A DNA stretch of 37,703 nucleotides from an uncultured virus (IMG/VR IMGVR_UViG_2061766007_001450) (taxonomy: Duplodnaviria; Heunggongvirae; Uroviricota; Caudoviricetes): IMG/VR virus record IMGVR_UViG_2061766007_001450; one strand, written 5' to 3'. The notes below the pieces were generated by a model. That model was given only the letters and a program-made list of their open reading frames with translations. It did no database searches and was not told the origin of the DNA. The position numbers and the translations under genes are program-made. Shown piece after piece: positions 21,117 through 30,894 of the stretch. Every line of letters begins with the position of its first letter. Within the stretch, counting starts at the first letter, position 1.

Positions 21117-22356
21117 CGGCGCGGTGTGCTACAAAACGCCGTTGTATCGTGTAAAGCATTTTCTTTACCTTGCAACGGAACTTGGCAAGCCCGACTACAC
21201 TTTTGAGGAAGAGGGCGAGCAAAGAGATGGCTACTTTTTCCCGACGAAACAACTATCCGAAAAGGTGTACAGATTTACATTTGTTGCCCCCGAGTACGTT
21301 TGTGACGTTATGCGATTTATAAGGCTGTCCGACATCGTGAACGTTTACGACCCATACGGCAGGGTGTACAAGTGCGACACGTTCCTAATTACCCCAAAAT
21401 GGCTAACACAAGGCGATTTGGCGCAGGTGGATTGCGAATTTGAAACAAACACGCTTGCAAAGAAAGTCGGCGCGAGTGTCGATGCAGAGGATATTGGCGG
21501 CGACTTCAACAACGACTATAACAATGATTATACCAACGTGCAAGGACACGAGCCTGCATACATTCCATCAGTGGCGAGGGTGCGAGAATATGTCAAGGCA
21601 AATACAACATCGTGCATATTCGGTGTAAAGGGTCAGCATATTACAGAAGGTTATCATCATATCGGCTATCTTGACTATGAAAATAAAATAGAAATATGGC
21701 AGGATGGCACGAAGTTTATGTTTCTTTACGCAGGCAAGATGTACGCGCCTGACAGTTGTGATAATATGTTCCAAAACTGCGCCGCGCTCACTACACTTAA
21801 CCTCTCCAATTTTGACACCGCGAATGTTACATCAATGAACCGTATGTTCGCCACTTGCGCCGCACTCACGTTGCTTGACTTATCCAATTTCAAAACCGAT
21901 AATGTTACATCGATGTTGAATATGTTTAATGGCTGCACCGCGCTTACAACTCTCAACCTTTCCAATTTCAACACCGCGAATGTTACAACGATGTTTGGTA
22001 TGTTCTATCAAGACACCTCGCTACAAACGCTTGACCTCTCCAATTTCAACACCGCGAATGTTACAACGATGTTGGGTATGTTTAATGGCTGCACCGCGCT
22101 GCAAACGCTTGACCTTTCCAGCTTCAACACCGCGAATGTTACCGATATGTCATTTATGTTCCAGAGATGCACCGTACTAACGACTATATATGGCGGAGAT
22201 TGGGTCAAGATGCCGGGGTTAGTGCAAACTAATATGTTCCGTTATTGCACTTCCCTCGTCGGCGGCAACGGTACTACATACAGCAGTGCGCACGATAACG
22301 CCGAGTATGCGCGTATTGACCGACCCGGCACACCGGGCTACTTCACACAAAGATGA
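21117..22356 (+). CDS. Minor tail protein C-terminal half fused to a DUF285/BspA-like LRR domain
   Basis: Same protein as 20401-20830 up to NNDYNNDY, then 266 aa with five 26-aa LxxLDLSNFNTxNVTxMxxMFxxC repeats. Confidence 0.8.
21787..22176 (+). repeat. Five 78-bp coding repeats (DUF285/surface-protein 26-residue repeat)
   Basis: Recurring CTCTCCAATTTCAACACCGCGAATGTTACA at 78-nt period. Confidence 0.85.
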
Positions 22357-22394
22357 TGTTTCACGTGTAACAAAAAAATGTTTCACGTGAAAAA
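22357..22394. promoter_or_regulatory. parS: Tandem pair of parS-like palindromes
   Basis: TGTTTCACGTGTAACA (22357-22372) and TGTTTCACGTGAAAAA (22379-22394) right after the LRR gene stop. Confidence 0.75.
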
Positions 22395-22420
22395 GTAAAT
22401 AACTTAAAAAATAAACGATT

Positions 22421-23155
22421 ATGGCAAATTACAGCAACTTAATCAATAGCATAAAAGCCGTAATAAAGCAAAACGGCACAAATGACATCACCGGTCAGTT
22501 GATGCAAGATGTGTTGGTTGCGATGACAAACACAATCGGACGTTTCGCGGCGTTTGCCGGAACGGCTATGCCATCAACCAACCCCAACAACCCCGACCAA
22601 ACGGTGTATTACTTGACATCAATTCCCGGCACGTATGTTAATTTTGGCGGCATCGTCGTTCCGCCCGACCGCCTTGTCGCCTTGCACAACATCAGCGGCA
22701 GTTGGGAGATGGTTGTTGTCGTGACGTTTTCGGACGGCGGCACAATCAGCATTGATCCAACCCTCGACCCAAACAGCGTGAACCCCGTAGAGAATAGGGC
22801 GTTGTATAACGTAATTGATGCACTTACAACGAGGGTCACGGCATTGGAGACGGCAACAACGGAGTTGCAAATAACGTCCAATTGGCTGTCCGCATCAGAG
22901 GTAAAGGCGATTACCAACACCACATACGCGGGGAAGAACATTATTGACTTTATGGCGGTGGCATCTGGCGTTAATGCGCATCACTATACAGCAGCGAAAC
23001 AGACGGGCAGCGGAATTTACTTGTATGGTGCTAAATTCCAAAACAACACAGTGGATTTTGAAGTGTTACACCCGAGCGGCGCAGACACCTTGCAAGACAC
23101 TTTGGGTGGTGGCGATGCATTCCTTAGTGGCTTTATTTCATATTGCGACAGATGA
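22421..23155 (+). CDS. Putative tail fibre/baseplate protein
   Basis: Conserved N-terminus, LDPNSVNPVENRA motif, short coiled coil, variable C-terminal domain. Confidence 0.6.
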   Translation: MANYSNLINSIKAVIKQNGTNDITGQLMQDVLVAMTNTIGRFAAFAGTAMPSTNPNNPDQTVYYLTSIPGTYVNFGGIVVPPDRLVALHNISGSWEMVVVVTFSDGGTISIDPTLDPNSVNPVENRALYNVIDALTTRVTALETATTELQITSNWLSASEVKAITNTTYAGKNIIDFMAVASGVNAHHYTAAKQTGSGIYLYGAKFQNNTVDFEVLHPSGADTLQDTLGGGDAFLSGFISYCDR

Positions 23156-23948
23156 TTGCGGAATGTTTGTTAATCAGAGACGAGAACCGCTATTTGTTGG
23201 AGCATTTGGCGTACAATGCAGCGGCGGGCATCGACCATTTTTTCATCTATGATAATATGAGTCGCGTCCCCGTTGCCGACTTTTTGCGCGAAAATGCCCG
23301 TGATTTTCTGAATATTTGCACCGTTGCAAGGTATCAAGGGCGCGGAAACTTGCAAATTGATTGCTATGCAGATTATTTGCAAGAACACCGCCACGTCGAT
23401 TGGACTTTGTTTTGCGACACGGACGAAATATTAATGGGCAACATTCGCGACGCGGTGGCGGAGTTTGGCAGCGTTTACAATTGTCTGTCATTTGCGCCAA
23501 TTTTGCACGGCTGCAATGGCAAAATTTATGACGATGGCGGCGGAATGTTTGAACGTTTCGACAGCGACATCATCGACCCCGCGCACCATTGGTACAAGTT
23601 TGTGGCGAGGACGGCGGACATCGCATCAATATCGAATGTGCATTATTGCAAAATGCCGAACAAAAAATTGATTTATTTGAGGGCTAAGAATTATCCTCAA
23701 TGCGTATTGCATCATTTTCGTTTCCGTTCATTCGAGGAATGGCTGCGGAAAATCATCAGAGGCAGGGNNNNNNNNNNNNNNNNNNNNNNNNNNNNNNNNN
23801 NNNNNNNNNNNNNNNNNNNNNNNNNNCGACAGTATCACCGACAGACCCCGAAGTCGTGAAAATAATGCAGAAAAATGGCGTGAATTTGGAAACCGTACAA
23901 AAATATTTTGATGTTTCACGTGAAAATATTTTGCAGTTTGAAAAATAA
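23152..23948 (+). CDS. GT-A fold glycosyltransferase (GT92/GT2-like), allele A (spans gap)
   Basis: RDENRYLLEHL..GIDHFFIYDNMS, DxD-like DTDE, LHHF.FRSFEE; ATGA coupling to the upstream gene. Confidence 0.75.
23912..23927. promoter_or_regulatory. parS: parS-like palindrome in the 3' end of the glycosyltransferase gene (DVSREN)
   Basis: TGTTTCACGTGAAAAT. Confidence 0.7.
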
Positions 23949-24011
23949 ATCATAAANNNNNNNNNNNNNNNNNNNNNNNNNNNNNNNNNNNNNNNNNNNN
24001 NNNNNNNNNNN

Positions 24012-24127
24012 TGCCAATGCCCATCGCTAACGACACTTCCCGACATTCCGTGTGTGAAATGTAACGAAAGGTTTGGGCAAATTCAGAAAATAGCCTTTCA
24101 AAGATTGAGAGCCGATGATGGAACGAA
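24012..24127 (+). CDS. Fragment of a third tail-tube-like gene copy (not in ORF track)
   Basis: Translates CQCPSLTTLPDIPCVKCNERFGQIQKIAFQRLRADDGT, homologous to the N-termini at 1258 and 28081. Confidence 0.75.
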
Positions 24128-24137
24128 NNNNNNNNNN

Positions 24138-24553
24138 GACTAACAACAATAACAATTACAGCGTTTTGCCGTTTTACACGGACATAAAGGAGCAGAACCA
24201 CCGCAAGCCCTACGCATACGGCGAGGTTTACGCCCTTTTTGCGCTTGTCAATCAAATACTTCCATTTCAGATTGACGTGACGGCAGCACCGACCGCGCCA
24301 ATAGCGGTATATTTGGTTGATTTTGACAGCGGCACGGAAACGGATATATCGGCGGAATTGCAAGGATTATCCACGGTGCAGATTGACAGTTACAGCCTCA
24401 TCGTGTACCCCTCAATTATGCCGATGGCAACGGCATTTGAGCAAGGGCGTTATTACTTGCGTTTGGTCTATACATACGCGGGCGGAAGTCAAGAATTTTT
24501 TAGCGAGGTTTTCACGTGGGTGGCATCAGTGCAAAATTATCTCAAAGTCGAAT
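24138..24553 (+). CDS. Minor tail protein fragment, probably the misplaced N-terminal half of the 20401/21117 gene
   Basis: NNNYSVLPFYTDIKEQNHRKPYAYG...GRYYLRL...FFSEVFTWV; assignment inferred from the missing N-terminus at gap 19664-20400. Confidence 0.55.
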
Positions 24554-25379
24554 NNNNNNNNNNNNNNNNNNNNNNNNNNNNNNNNNNNNNNNNNNNNNNN
24601 NNNNNNNNNNNNNNNNNNNNNNNNNNNNNNNNNNNNNNNNNNNNNNNNNNNNNNNNNNNNNNNNNNNNNNNNNNNNNNNNNNNNNNNNNNNNNNNNNNNN
24701 NNNNNNNNNNNNNNNNNNNNNNNNNNNNNNNNNNNNNNNNNNNNNNNNNNNNNNNNNNNNNNNNNNNNNNNNNNNNNNNNNNNNNNNNNNNNNNNNNNNN
24801 NNNNNNNNNNNNNNNNNNNNNNNNNNNNNNNNNNNNNNNNNNNNNNNNNNNNNNNNNNNNNNNNNNNNNNNNNNNNNNNNNNNNNNNNNNNNNNNNNNNN
24901 NNNNNNNNNNNNNNNNNNNNNNNNNNNNNNNNNNNNNNNNNNNNNNNNNNNNNNNNNNNNNNNNNNNNNNNNNNNNNNNNNNNNNNNNNNNNNNNNNNNN
25001 NNNNNNNNNNNNNNNNNNNNNNNNNNNNNNNNNNNNNNNNNNNNNNNNNNNNNNNNNNNNNNNNNNNNNNNNNNNNNNNNNNNNNNNNNNNNNNNNNNNN
25101 NNNNNNNNNNNNNNNNNNNNNNNNNNNNNNNNNNNNNNNNNNNNNNNNNNNNNNNNNNNNNNNNNNNNNNNNNNNNNNNNNNNNNNNNNNNNNNNNNNNN
25201 NNNNNNNNNNNNNNNNNNNNNNNNNNNNNNNNNNNNNNNNNNNNNNNNNNNNNNNNNNNNNNNNNNNNNNNNNNNNNNNNNNNNNNNNNNNNNNNNNNNN
25301 NNNNNNNNNNNNNNNNNNNNNNNNNNNNNNNNNNNNNNNNNNNNNNNNNNNNNNNNNNNNNNNNNNNNNNNNNNNNNNN

Positions 25380-25785
25380 CCCAGCCCTCGACCCCGACAG
25401 CGTGAACCCCGTGGAAAATCGCGCAGTATATGCCGAATGTCAGACAATACGCGCTTTGATTGATGATATTCCGACAGCGCAACCTATCACGAGTACGTAT
25501 CTAAGCACGGCGCAGGCAAACGCCATAACGGGCGAAACCTACGTTGGCAAAACCATTCTCAATTTTTCTGCAACGATAAGTGGTGTTGATGCTATTATAG
25601 TGACAGGCGCAAAACAAGTCGGCACAGCAGGCAGTGGAAAACTTTACGTGTATGGTACTGGCTTAACTGGGCAACATACGGTTGAACGAATAGTGTACGA
25701 GGTGTCGGGCGGTAACACTTTGGGAGATGTTATCGGCGTAAATGTCGGCATTGACAACGGCGCATTAATAGTATATGCAGAATGA
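25380..25785 (+). CDS. Tail fibre/baseplate protein C-terminus (diverged allele of 22421-23155)
   Basis: LDPDSVNPVENRA motif and same ATGA coupling to the glycosyltransferase gene. Confidence 0.65.
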
Positions 25786-26561
25786 TAGCAGAAGTATTGC
25801 TTATCAAGGATGAGAACCGCTATTTGTTGGAGCATTTGGTGTGCAATGCAGCGGCGGGCATCGACCATTTTTTCATCTATGATAATATGAGTCGCGTCCC
25901 CGTTGCCGACTTTTTGCGCGAAAACGCCCGTGATTTTCTGAATATTTGCACCGTGCAAAGGTATCATTCCAACAATAATCTCCAACTTGATTGCTATGCA
26001 GATTATTTGAGGGAACACCGCCACGTCGATTGGACTGTGTTTTACGATACGGACGAGTGTTTCACGGGAAACATTCGTGATGCGGTGGCGGAGTTCGGTG
26101 GCAATTATAATTGTCTGTCATTCTCTCCGATATTGCACGGCTGCAACGGACATTTGCAGCGTCAGAGGGGCGGCACGATGCAAGAACTATATGGCGCCGA
26201 CATTCTAAGTCGTGCGCACCATTGGTATAAGGTATGCGCAAAGACGGCGGACATAACGTCCCAATACATCCACAATAACGCAATGGTTAATAAACGCTTG
26301 ATATATTTGACCGCAGACAAATATCCATCTTGCGTTTTGCATCATTACAGATTTCGGAGTTTTGAAGATTATTTATTGAAATTCCAACGAGGCAGGGCTA
26401 ACATAACTAAAAAAGGCTGTTGGGTTCCGCACATCAGCGATTTTTTTGCACTTCACAAAAACATAAGACCCGACGACCCCGAAGTCGTGGCATTAATGCA
26501 GAAATACGGCGTGAATTTGGGGACGGCGCAAAAACATTTTGATGTATATCCCTCGAACTAA
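25782..26561 (+). CDS. GT-A fold glycosyltransferase (GT92/GT2-like), allele B
   Basis: Complete 259-aa ORF; KDENRYLLEHL, GIDHFFIYDNMS, DTDE, LHHYRFRSFED. Confidence 0.8.
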   Translation: MIAEVLLIKDENRYLLEHLVCNAAAGIDHFFIYDNMSRVPVADFLRENARDFLNICTVQRYHSNNNLQLDCYADYLREHRHVDWTVFYDTDECFTGNIRDAVAEFGGNYNCLSFSPILHGCNGHLQRQRGGTMQELYGADILSRAHHWYKVCAKTADITSQYIHNNAMVNKRLIYLTADKYPSCVLHHYRFRSFEDYLLKFQRGRANITKKGCWVPHISDFFALHKNIRPDDPEVVALMQKYGVNLGTAQKHFDVYPSN

Positions 26562-26578
26562 TACACACCACCGATAAT

Positions 26579-26611
26579 AAAAAAATGCCGCCAAAATAGA
26601 CGGCATTTTTT
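26579..26611. terminator. Bidirectional terminator between convergent genes
   Basis: AAAAAAATGCCG-loop-CGGCATTTTTT. Confidence 0.75.
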
Positions 26612-26613
26612 AT

Positions 26614-26629
26614 TGTTGCACGTGAAACA
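26614..26629. promoter_or_regulatory. parS: parS-like palindrome
   Basis: TGTTGCACGTGAAACA matches TGTTNCACGTGAAACA exactly; abuts the stop of the minus-strand LRR gene. Confidence 0.8.
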
Positions 26630-28081
26630 TTACGCTTGTGTGAAATAACCAGGCGTTCCGGCGCGGTCAATTCGTGCGTAGGTTGCATCAGTGTGGTTGG
26701 AATTATAATGCGTGCCGTTGCCGCCGACAAGAGAGGTGCAGCCGGCGAACATATTTCCGTCATCTTCTGTCAATGACAAATCCCAATCTCCGCCGTAGAT
26801 GGTAGTTAGTTGTGTGCAGCCAGCGAACATTTGCGCTATCGCTGTAACATTTGCGGTGTTGAAGTTGGAGAGGTCAAGCGTTATAAGCGCCTTGCATCCG
26901 CCGAACATTGCATACATTGTCGTAACATTTGCGGTGTTGAAGTTGGAGAGGTCAAGTGTTGTAAGCGCATTGCATCCGCCGAACATACTCTCCATTGATG
27001 TAACATTCGCTGTGTTGAAGTTGGAAAGGTTAATTGTTGTAAGCGCCTTGCATCCGCCGAACATTGCATACATTGTCGTAACATTTGCGGTGTTGAAGTT
27101 GGAGAGGTCAATCGTTTGCAACGCAGCGCAGCCGTTAAACATCGCGACCATTGATGTTACATTAGAAGTGTTGAAGTTGGAGAGGTCAAGCGTTGTAAGC
27201 GCATTGCATCCGACGAACATTGCTTGACAGACATCAGGCGCGTACATATCCGCGTCTGATAAAAATAAAATTTTTGTGCCATCTCGCCATATTTCAATCA
27301 AATTATCGTCATCAAGATAACCTACCATATTGTAGCCTGATGTAGAATGTTGCGACTTGTAGCCAAACACGCACGATGTCGTAGTGGTTAGAACGTAATT
27401 GCGAATGACGGAAACACTTGGGATATAAGCCCTTTGCGTAATGCAAAGGTCTGAAAGTACATTGAACGTATCAATGGTAAATATTTTTATGTAGTCGCTA
27501 TAATTCGGCACAAATGACCATTGAATTACATTCGCGTCCGGTGCATCAATGCCGCCGTGTGTCTTGTCGCCGACAAAAAACGCCTTGATGTGTATCGGCA
27601 TTATCCATTCGTTGTTGTTTTCGTCAACAATGCCAAGTGCCTCTACGTTGCCGTTGCCATCTATCAGATAGACACCAACATTTTCGCACTGCAAAGATTT
27701 TAACACCTTTGCGATTGATTGTGGCACATTGCGCAATGATGCGGAGAATGTGGACGACTCACGCCCTATAATTTCCTCAACGCCGTTTAAACTGTCATTG
27801 CCGCCACCAAAAGTACGCGCCGCTCCGCTCTCCTGCGTGGGGCTGTAAATATAAGGCGATAAAACAATTTTTGTGCTGTCGGCGGCTGTCATTTTAGCCT
27901 GCCAATTTGCCAGACTGTTTATTTCAGAAAATCCCGACGTGGCGGAAAATTTATTTTTCGTGCCGTCATCGTTCATAATTCGCTGAAACGCCACCTTTTG
28001 TATTTGCCCGAAACGTTCAGAGCATCTGACACATTCCAAGTCGGGCAGCGATGCAGGTGGGGGACAATTACAAGTTATCAT
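26630..28081 (-). CDS. Tail-tube-like paralog fused to a DUF285/BspA-like LRR domain
   Basis: Starts MITCNCPPPASLPDLECVRC; first ~215 aa colinear with 1258-1912; last 266 aa homologous to the LRR module at 21556-22356. Confidence 0.8.
   Translation of the reverse strand: MITCNCPPPASLPDLECVRCSERFGQIQKVAFQRIMNDDGTKNKFSATSGFSEINSLANWQAKMTAADSTKIVLSPYIYSPTQESGAARTFGGGNDSLNGVEEIIGRESSTFSASLRNVPQSIAKVLKSLQCENVGVYLIDGNGNVEALGIVDENNNEWIMPIHIKAFFVGDKTHGGIDAPDANVIQWSFVPNYSDYIKIFTIDTFNVLSDLCITQRAYIPSVSVIRNYVLTTTTSCVFGYKSQHSTSGYNMVGYLDDDNLIEIWRDGTKILFLSDADMYAPDVCQAMFVGCNALTTLDLSNFNTSNVTSMVAMFNGCAALQTIDLSNFNTANVTTMYAMFGGCKALTTINLSNFNTANVTSMESMFGGCNALTTLDLSNFNTANVTTMYAMFGGCKALITLDLSNFNTANVTAIAQMFAGCTQLTTIYGGDWDLSLTEDDGNMFAGCTSLVGGNGTHYNSNHTDATYARIDRAGTPGYFTQA
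26810..27199 (-). repeat. Five 78-bp coding LRR repeats
   Basis: GTAACATTTGCGGTGTTGAAGTTGGAGAGGTCAA recurring at 78-nt period. Confidence 0.85.
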
Positions 28082-28137
28082 TTTAAAACGAATTTTATTA
28101 AAAAATGCACTGACCGGCTGACCCTTTGCCGATTGCG

Positions 28138-28169
28138 CAAATGTAACAAAAATTTTCACGTGAAACAAA
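28138..28169 (-). promoter_or_regulatory. Bacteroidota sigma-A promoter with a parS-like site across the spacer
   Basis: Minus strand reads TTTG-TTTCACGTGAAAATTTTTGT(20 nt)-TACATTTG. Confidence 0.7.
28152..28167. promoter_or_regulatory. parS: parS-like palindrome
   Basis: ATTTTCACGTGAAACA. Confidence 0.75.
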
Positions 28170-28336
28170 TGTTTTGCAGTGTTTTTTGTTGTTTTTCAGA
28201 CATTTTGCACCCTACAATCACCCTACAATCGCCCTTTGTAGGATGTTTTTATTTTGCTGATTTTCAGATGTTTAAATTGTCCAATCCTACACGTCCAAAA
28301 AATATTAAATATTTTAACAACTATTAACATAAATAA

Positions 28337-28368
28337 TTTGCACCATACAAAAATTATATGTAATTTTG
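28337..28368 (+). promoter_or_regulatory. Early promoter (Bacteroidota sigma-A type)
   Basis: TTTG-CACCATACAAAAATTATATG-TAATTTTG. Confidence 0.8.
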
Positions 28369-28419
28369 TATCGTAATCAAAAAAACAAAATATGTCAAAC
28401 ACTTAAAAACACAAAGAAA

Positions 28420-29777
28420 ATGGCACATAATCTCGAAATCATCAACGGCGTAGCAAGTTTTGCAGAAAACGGACTCAAAGAAACCGCTTGGCACGGCTTG
28501 GGTCAAGTATTTGACGGCGAAATGGATGTTGCAACCGCACTTGCAGCAAGCCACGCCGACTTCACAGTTGCAAAGACCCCCGTTTACTATCAGAGCAAAA
28601 ACGGCGGATTTGCAGCGAACCCCGAATTTTTCCACATCATCAGAGAGGACAATGGCGCACCACTCGGACTTGTCAAGAAGTCTTACGGCGTAGTACAAAA
28701 TGCTGATGCCTTTGAATTTGTCAACGGTCTTTGCACCGGCGGCAATTCCAAAGAGCCGTTCATCGAATGTGCGGGCGTACTTGGCAAGGGCGAGCGCGTT
28801 TTCATCACCGCAAAGTTTCCCGAGCGTTTCCAAGTTGGCGATGCTTTTGGCGACGATGCAGAAATGTATGCCGTAATTACAACGAGCCACGATGGCTCGG
28901 GTGCGGTAACTGTAATGCTCACCCCGATAAGGGTTGTATGCAACAACACGTTGCAGGCTGCAATGGGACACAATTACAGCAAATTCTGTTTCCGCCACAC
29001 TTCCAACGTCAAGTTGAGAATGAAAGAAAATATGTTGCACGTTGCTAAGACGCTCGGCTGTTTCGATGCAACAAAAAAGGCGGTCATCGAACATACCAAG
29101 CAACTCAATGCAATCAAGGTTGACGAAAAAACGGTCAAGTTTGTTTGCGGTCGCGTTGCTTTTGGTGACAAATACCCGATTTTTGAAAATAACGGTTTCG
29201 ACATTGACGAACTCGGTATGCGCAACATCAATGTTTACTACGACCTCCGCGAGAGCGTAGAAAATGGCATCGGTCAAGACTTGTTTAAAAGCAAGTCGNN
29301 NNNNNNNNTCACACCTCCAACGTCAAGTTGAGAATGAAAGAAAATATGTTGCACGTCGCAAAGACCCTCGGATGTTTCGAGGCGACAAAAAAGGCAGTCA
29401 TCGAACACACCAAACAACTCAATGCAATCAAGGTTGACGAAAAGACCGTGAAATTCGTTTGCGGTAGAGTCGCATTTGGCGACAAATACCCGATTTTTGA
29501 AAACAACGGTTTCGATATTGACGAACTCGGTATGCGCAATATCAATATTTACTACGACCTCCGCGAGAGTGTAGAAAATGGCATCGGTCAAGACTTGTTT
29601 AAGAGCAAGTCGGGCAACTGGCTTTTCAACGGCATCACAAACTACTTCCAAAATGTCAAGACCTACACGACCAAAGGCGAGTATGATGCAGAAAAGAAAT
29701 TCGACAACATCATCAACGGCGGCACAGCCCACGCCAAAATAATGAGGGCTTACACTGACATCTTGATGGCAGCGTAA
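28420..29777 (+). CDS. DUF932 / TIGR03299 phage-plasmid-like protein (two overlapping allele fragments across gap 29299-29308)
   Basis: MAHNLE..ETAWHGLG, Y.VVQNADAFEF, TTSHDGSGA, TPIRVVCNNTL signature motifs. Confidence 0.85.
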
Positions 29778-29800
29778 CGACTGACACAGCGACACACCCC

Positions 29801-29828
29801 GCCCGAGGTGAAAATCGGGCATTTTCTT
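29801..29828 (+). terminator. Rho-independent terminator
   Basis: GCCCGA-loop-TCGGGC then ATTTTCTT. Confidence 0.55.
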
Positions 29829-29873
29829 ATACTACAAAAAATGCAATTTCTTAACGTTTATTAACGTTAAAAA

Positions 29874-29905
29874 TTTGCACGTTACAAAAATTAATTGTAA
29901 TTTTG
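29874..29905 (+). promoter_or_regulatory. Early promoter
   Basis: TTTG-CACGTTACAAAAATTAATTG-TAATTTTG. Confidence 0.8.
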
Positions 29906-29951
29906 TATCATAGAAATAAAGAAAAACACTAACCAATAAAACGCAAAGAAA

Positions 29952-30254
29952 ATGAAAGCGAACACATTCGACCTTGACAATCTCCGCATCTTTGATGTAA
30001 TTCCTTTTTACGAGGAGTACAGCATCAAATGTGTTAAGTATCAGCGCATAGACGCAAGGAGCGGTTATCTTCGTATCTTCACCAACGGCATACTTCCCGA
30101 TAACACACACTATGCAGCAACCAGAGTCTTTGCAATAAAGACCTGTGTAAGGTTGGCGCGTAAAATTCGCGATACTAATCAGCATCTTATTGATTGCGGC
30201 ATTTGTGATGCTCACGAAATTTCTTTTGAGAATTTCGGCAAGTTACTCGATTAA
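29952..30254 (+). CDS. Hypothetical early protein
   Basis: 100-aa ORF after a promoter, with a CAAAGAAAATG start context shared with 28420 and 32449. Confidence 0.7.
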   Translation: MKANTFDLDNLRIFDVIPFYEEYSIKCVKYQRIDARSGYLRIFTNGILPDNTHYAATRVFAIKTCVRLARKIRDTNQHLIDCGICDAHEISFENFGKLLD

Positions 30255-30300
30255 CTAACACGGGCGGCATCACCACCACCGCCCACAAAATCAACGAATT

Positions 30301-30600
30301 ATGGAAAATCTTGTGCAAAATCTTATTCCCGCTCTCCATTCAGGCAAGGCGGAAGACTACGAAAAAATTTTGCTTGACACTACGGCAATAGACGAGGTGG
30401 AGCAAAAGCAATACATCACCCAAGATGGTGAAACGATAGCCGACTACTTCATTGACGACGTGCATATTGTCCTAAGCGCATTTAATTGCGGCATCGTCAT
30501 TAAGATGTGGGAAAATATCGCCCTCGGCAATATCGCCACAATCGCAATCTATACGGCATCGAAAAAAGCCGTTATGGAGATTACCACAATACCTTTTTAA
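30301..30600 (+). CDS. Hypothetical acidic early protein
   Basis: 99-aa ORF in the early operon. Confidence 0.65.
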   Translation: MENLVQNLIPALHSGKAEDYEKILLDTTAIDEVEQKQYITQDGETIADYFIDDVHIVLSAFNCGIVIKMWENIALGNIATIAIYTASKKAVMEITTIPF

Positions 30601-30616
30601 TGTTTCACGTAAAACT
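30601..30616. promoter_or_regulatory. parS: parS-like palindrome (degenerate)
   Basis: TGTTTCACGTAAAACT directly after the stop. Confidence 0.6.
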
Positions 30617-30625
30617 TCAATCAAA

Positions 30626-30808
30626 ATGAAAAACTTACTTGCAATCATTGTTGGCGCAATCATTTTCTTTGTATGCGCCACCCACCTTGTCCCGAGCCAC
30701 GAACCCGCAAGCATCTTGCAGTGGTGGACGTATGGAATGTTCGGCGGCCTTGGCTTAGCCGCCGCCGGAGTCTATGGACTGAAAAAAGACAGCGACAATG
30801 AGAATTAA
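30626..30808 (+). CDS. Small two-TM membrane protein
   Basis: 60 aa with two hydrophobic segments. Confidence 0.6.
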   Translation: MKNLLAIIVGAIIFFVCATHLVPSHEPASILQWWTYGMFGGLGLAAAGVYGLKKDSDNEN

Positions 30809-30827
30809 CAAAAATTAACGCTACAAA

Positions 30828-30859
30828 TTTGCATAATAATAAAATTATATGTAAATTTG
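30828..30859 (+). promoter_or_regulatory. Early promoter
   Basis: TTTG-CATAATAATAAAATTATATG-TAAATTTG. Confidence 0.75.
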
Positions 30860-30894
30860 TGGCGTTAAAATAAAACATCAAAATCAATCAGCAA

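Noticed and set aside
21787..22176. CRISPR array in the 78-bp periodic repeats (also 26810-27199)
   Set aside because: They are in-frame coding LRR repeats with similar intervening sequence, not unique spacers.
21556..27430. Diversity-generating retroelement TR/VR pair between the two LRR modules
   Set aside because: In the C-terminal region compared, differences are at all four bases and often synonymous, not adenine-specific; no reverse transcriptase is visible in the window.
26614..28167. Invertible (shufflon-like) segment bounded by the palindromes
   Set aside because: The palindrome occurs genome-wide, no recombinase is seen, and the gene has its own correctly oriented promoter and terminator. 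Cannot be fully excluded without read data.
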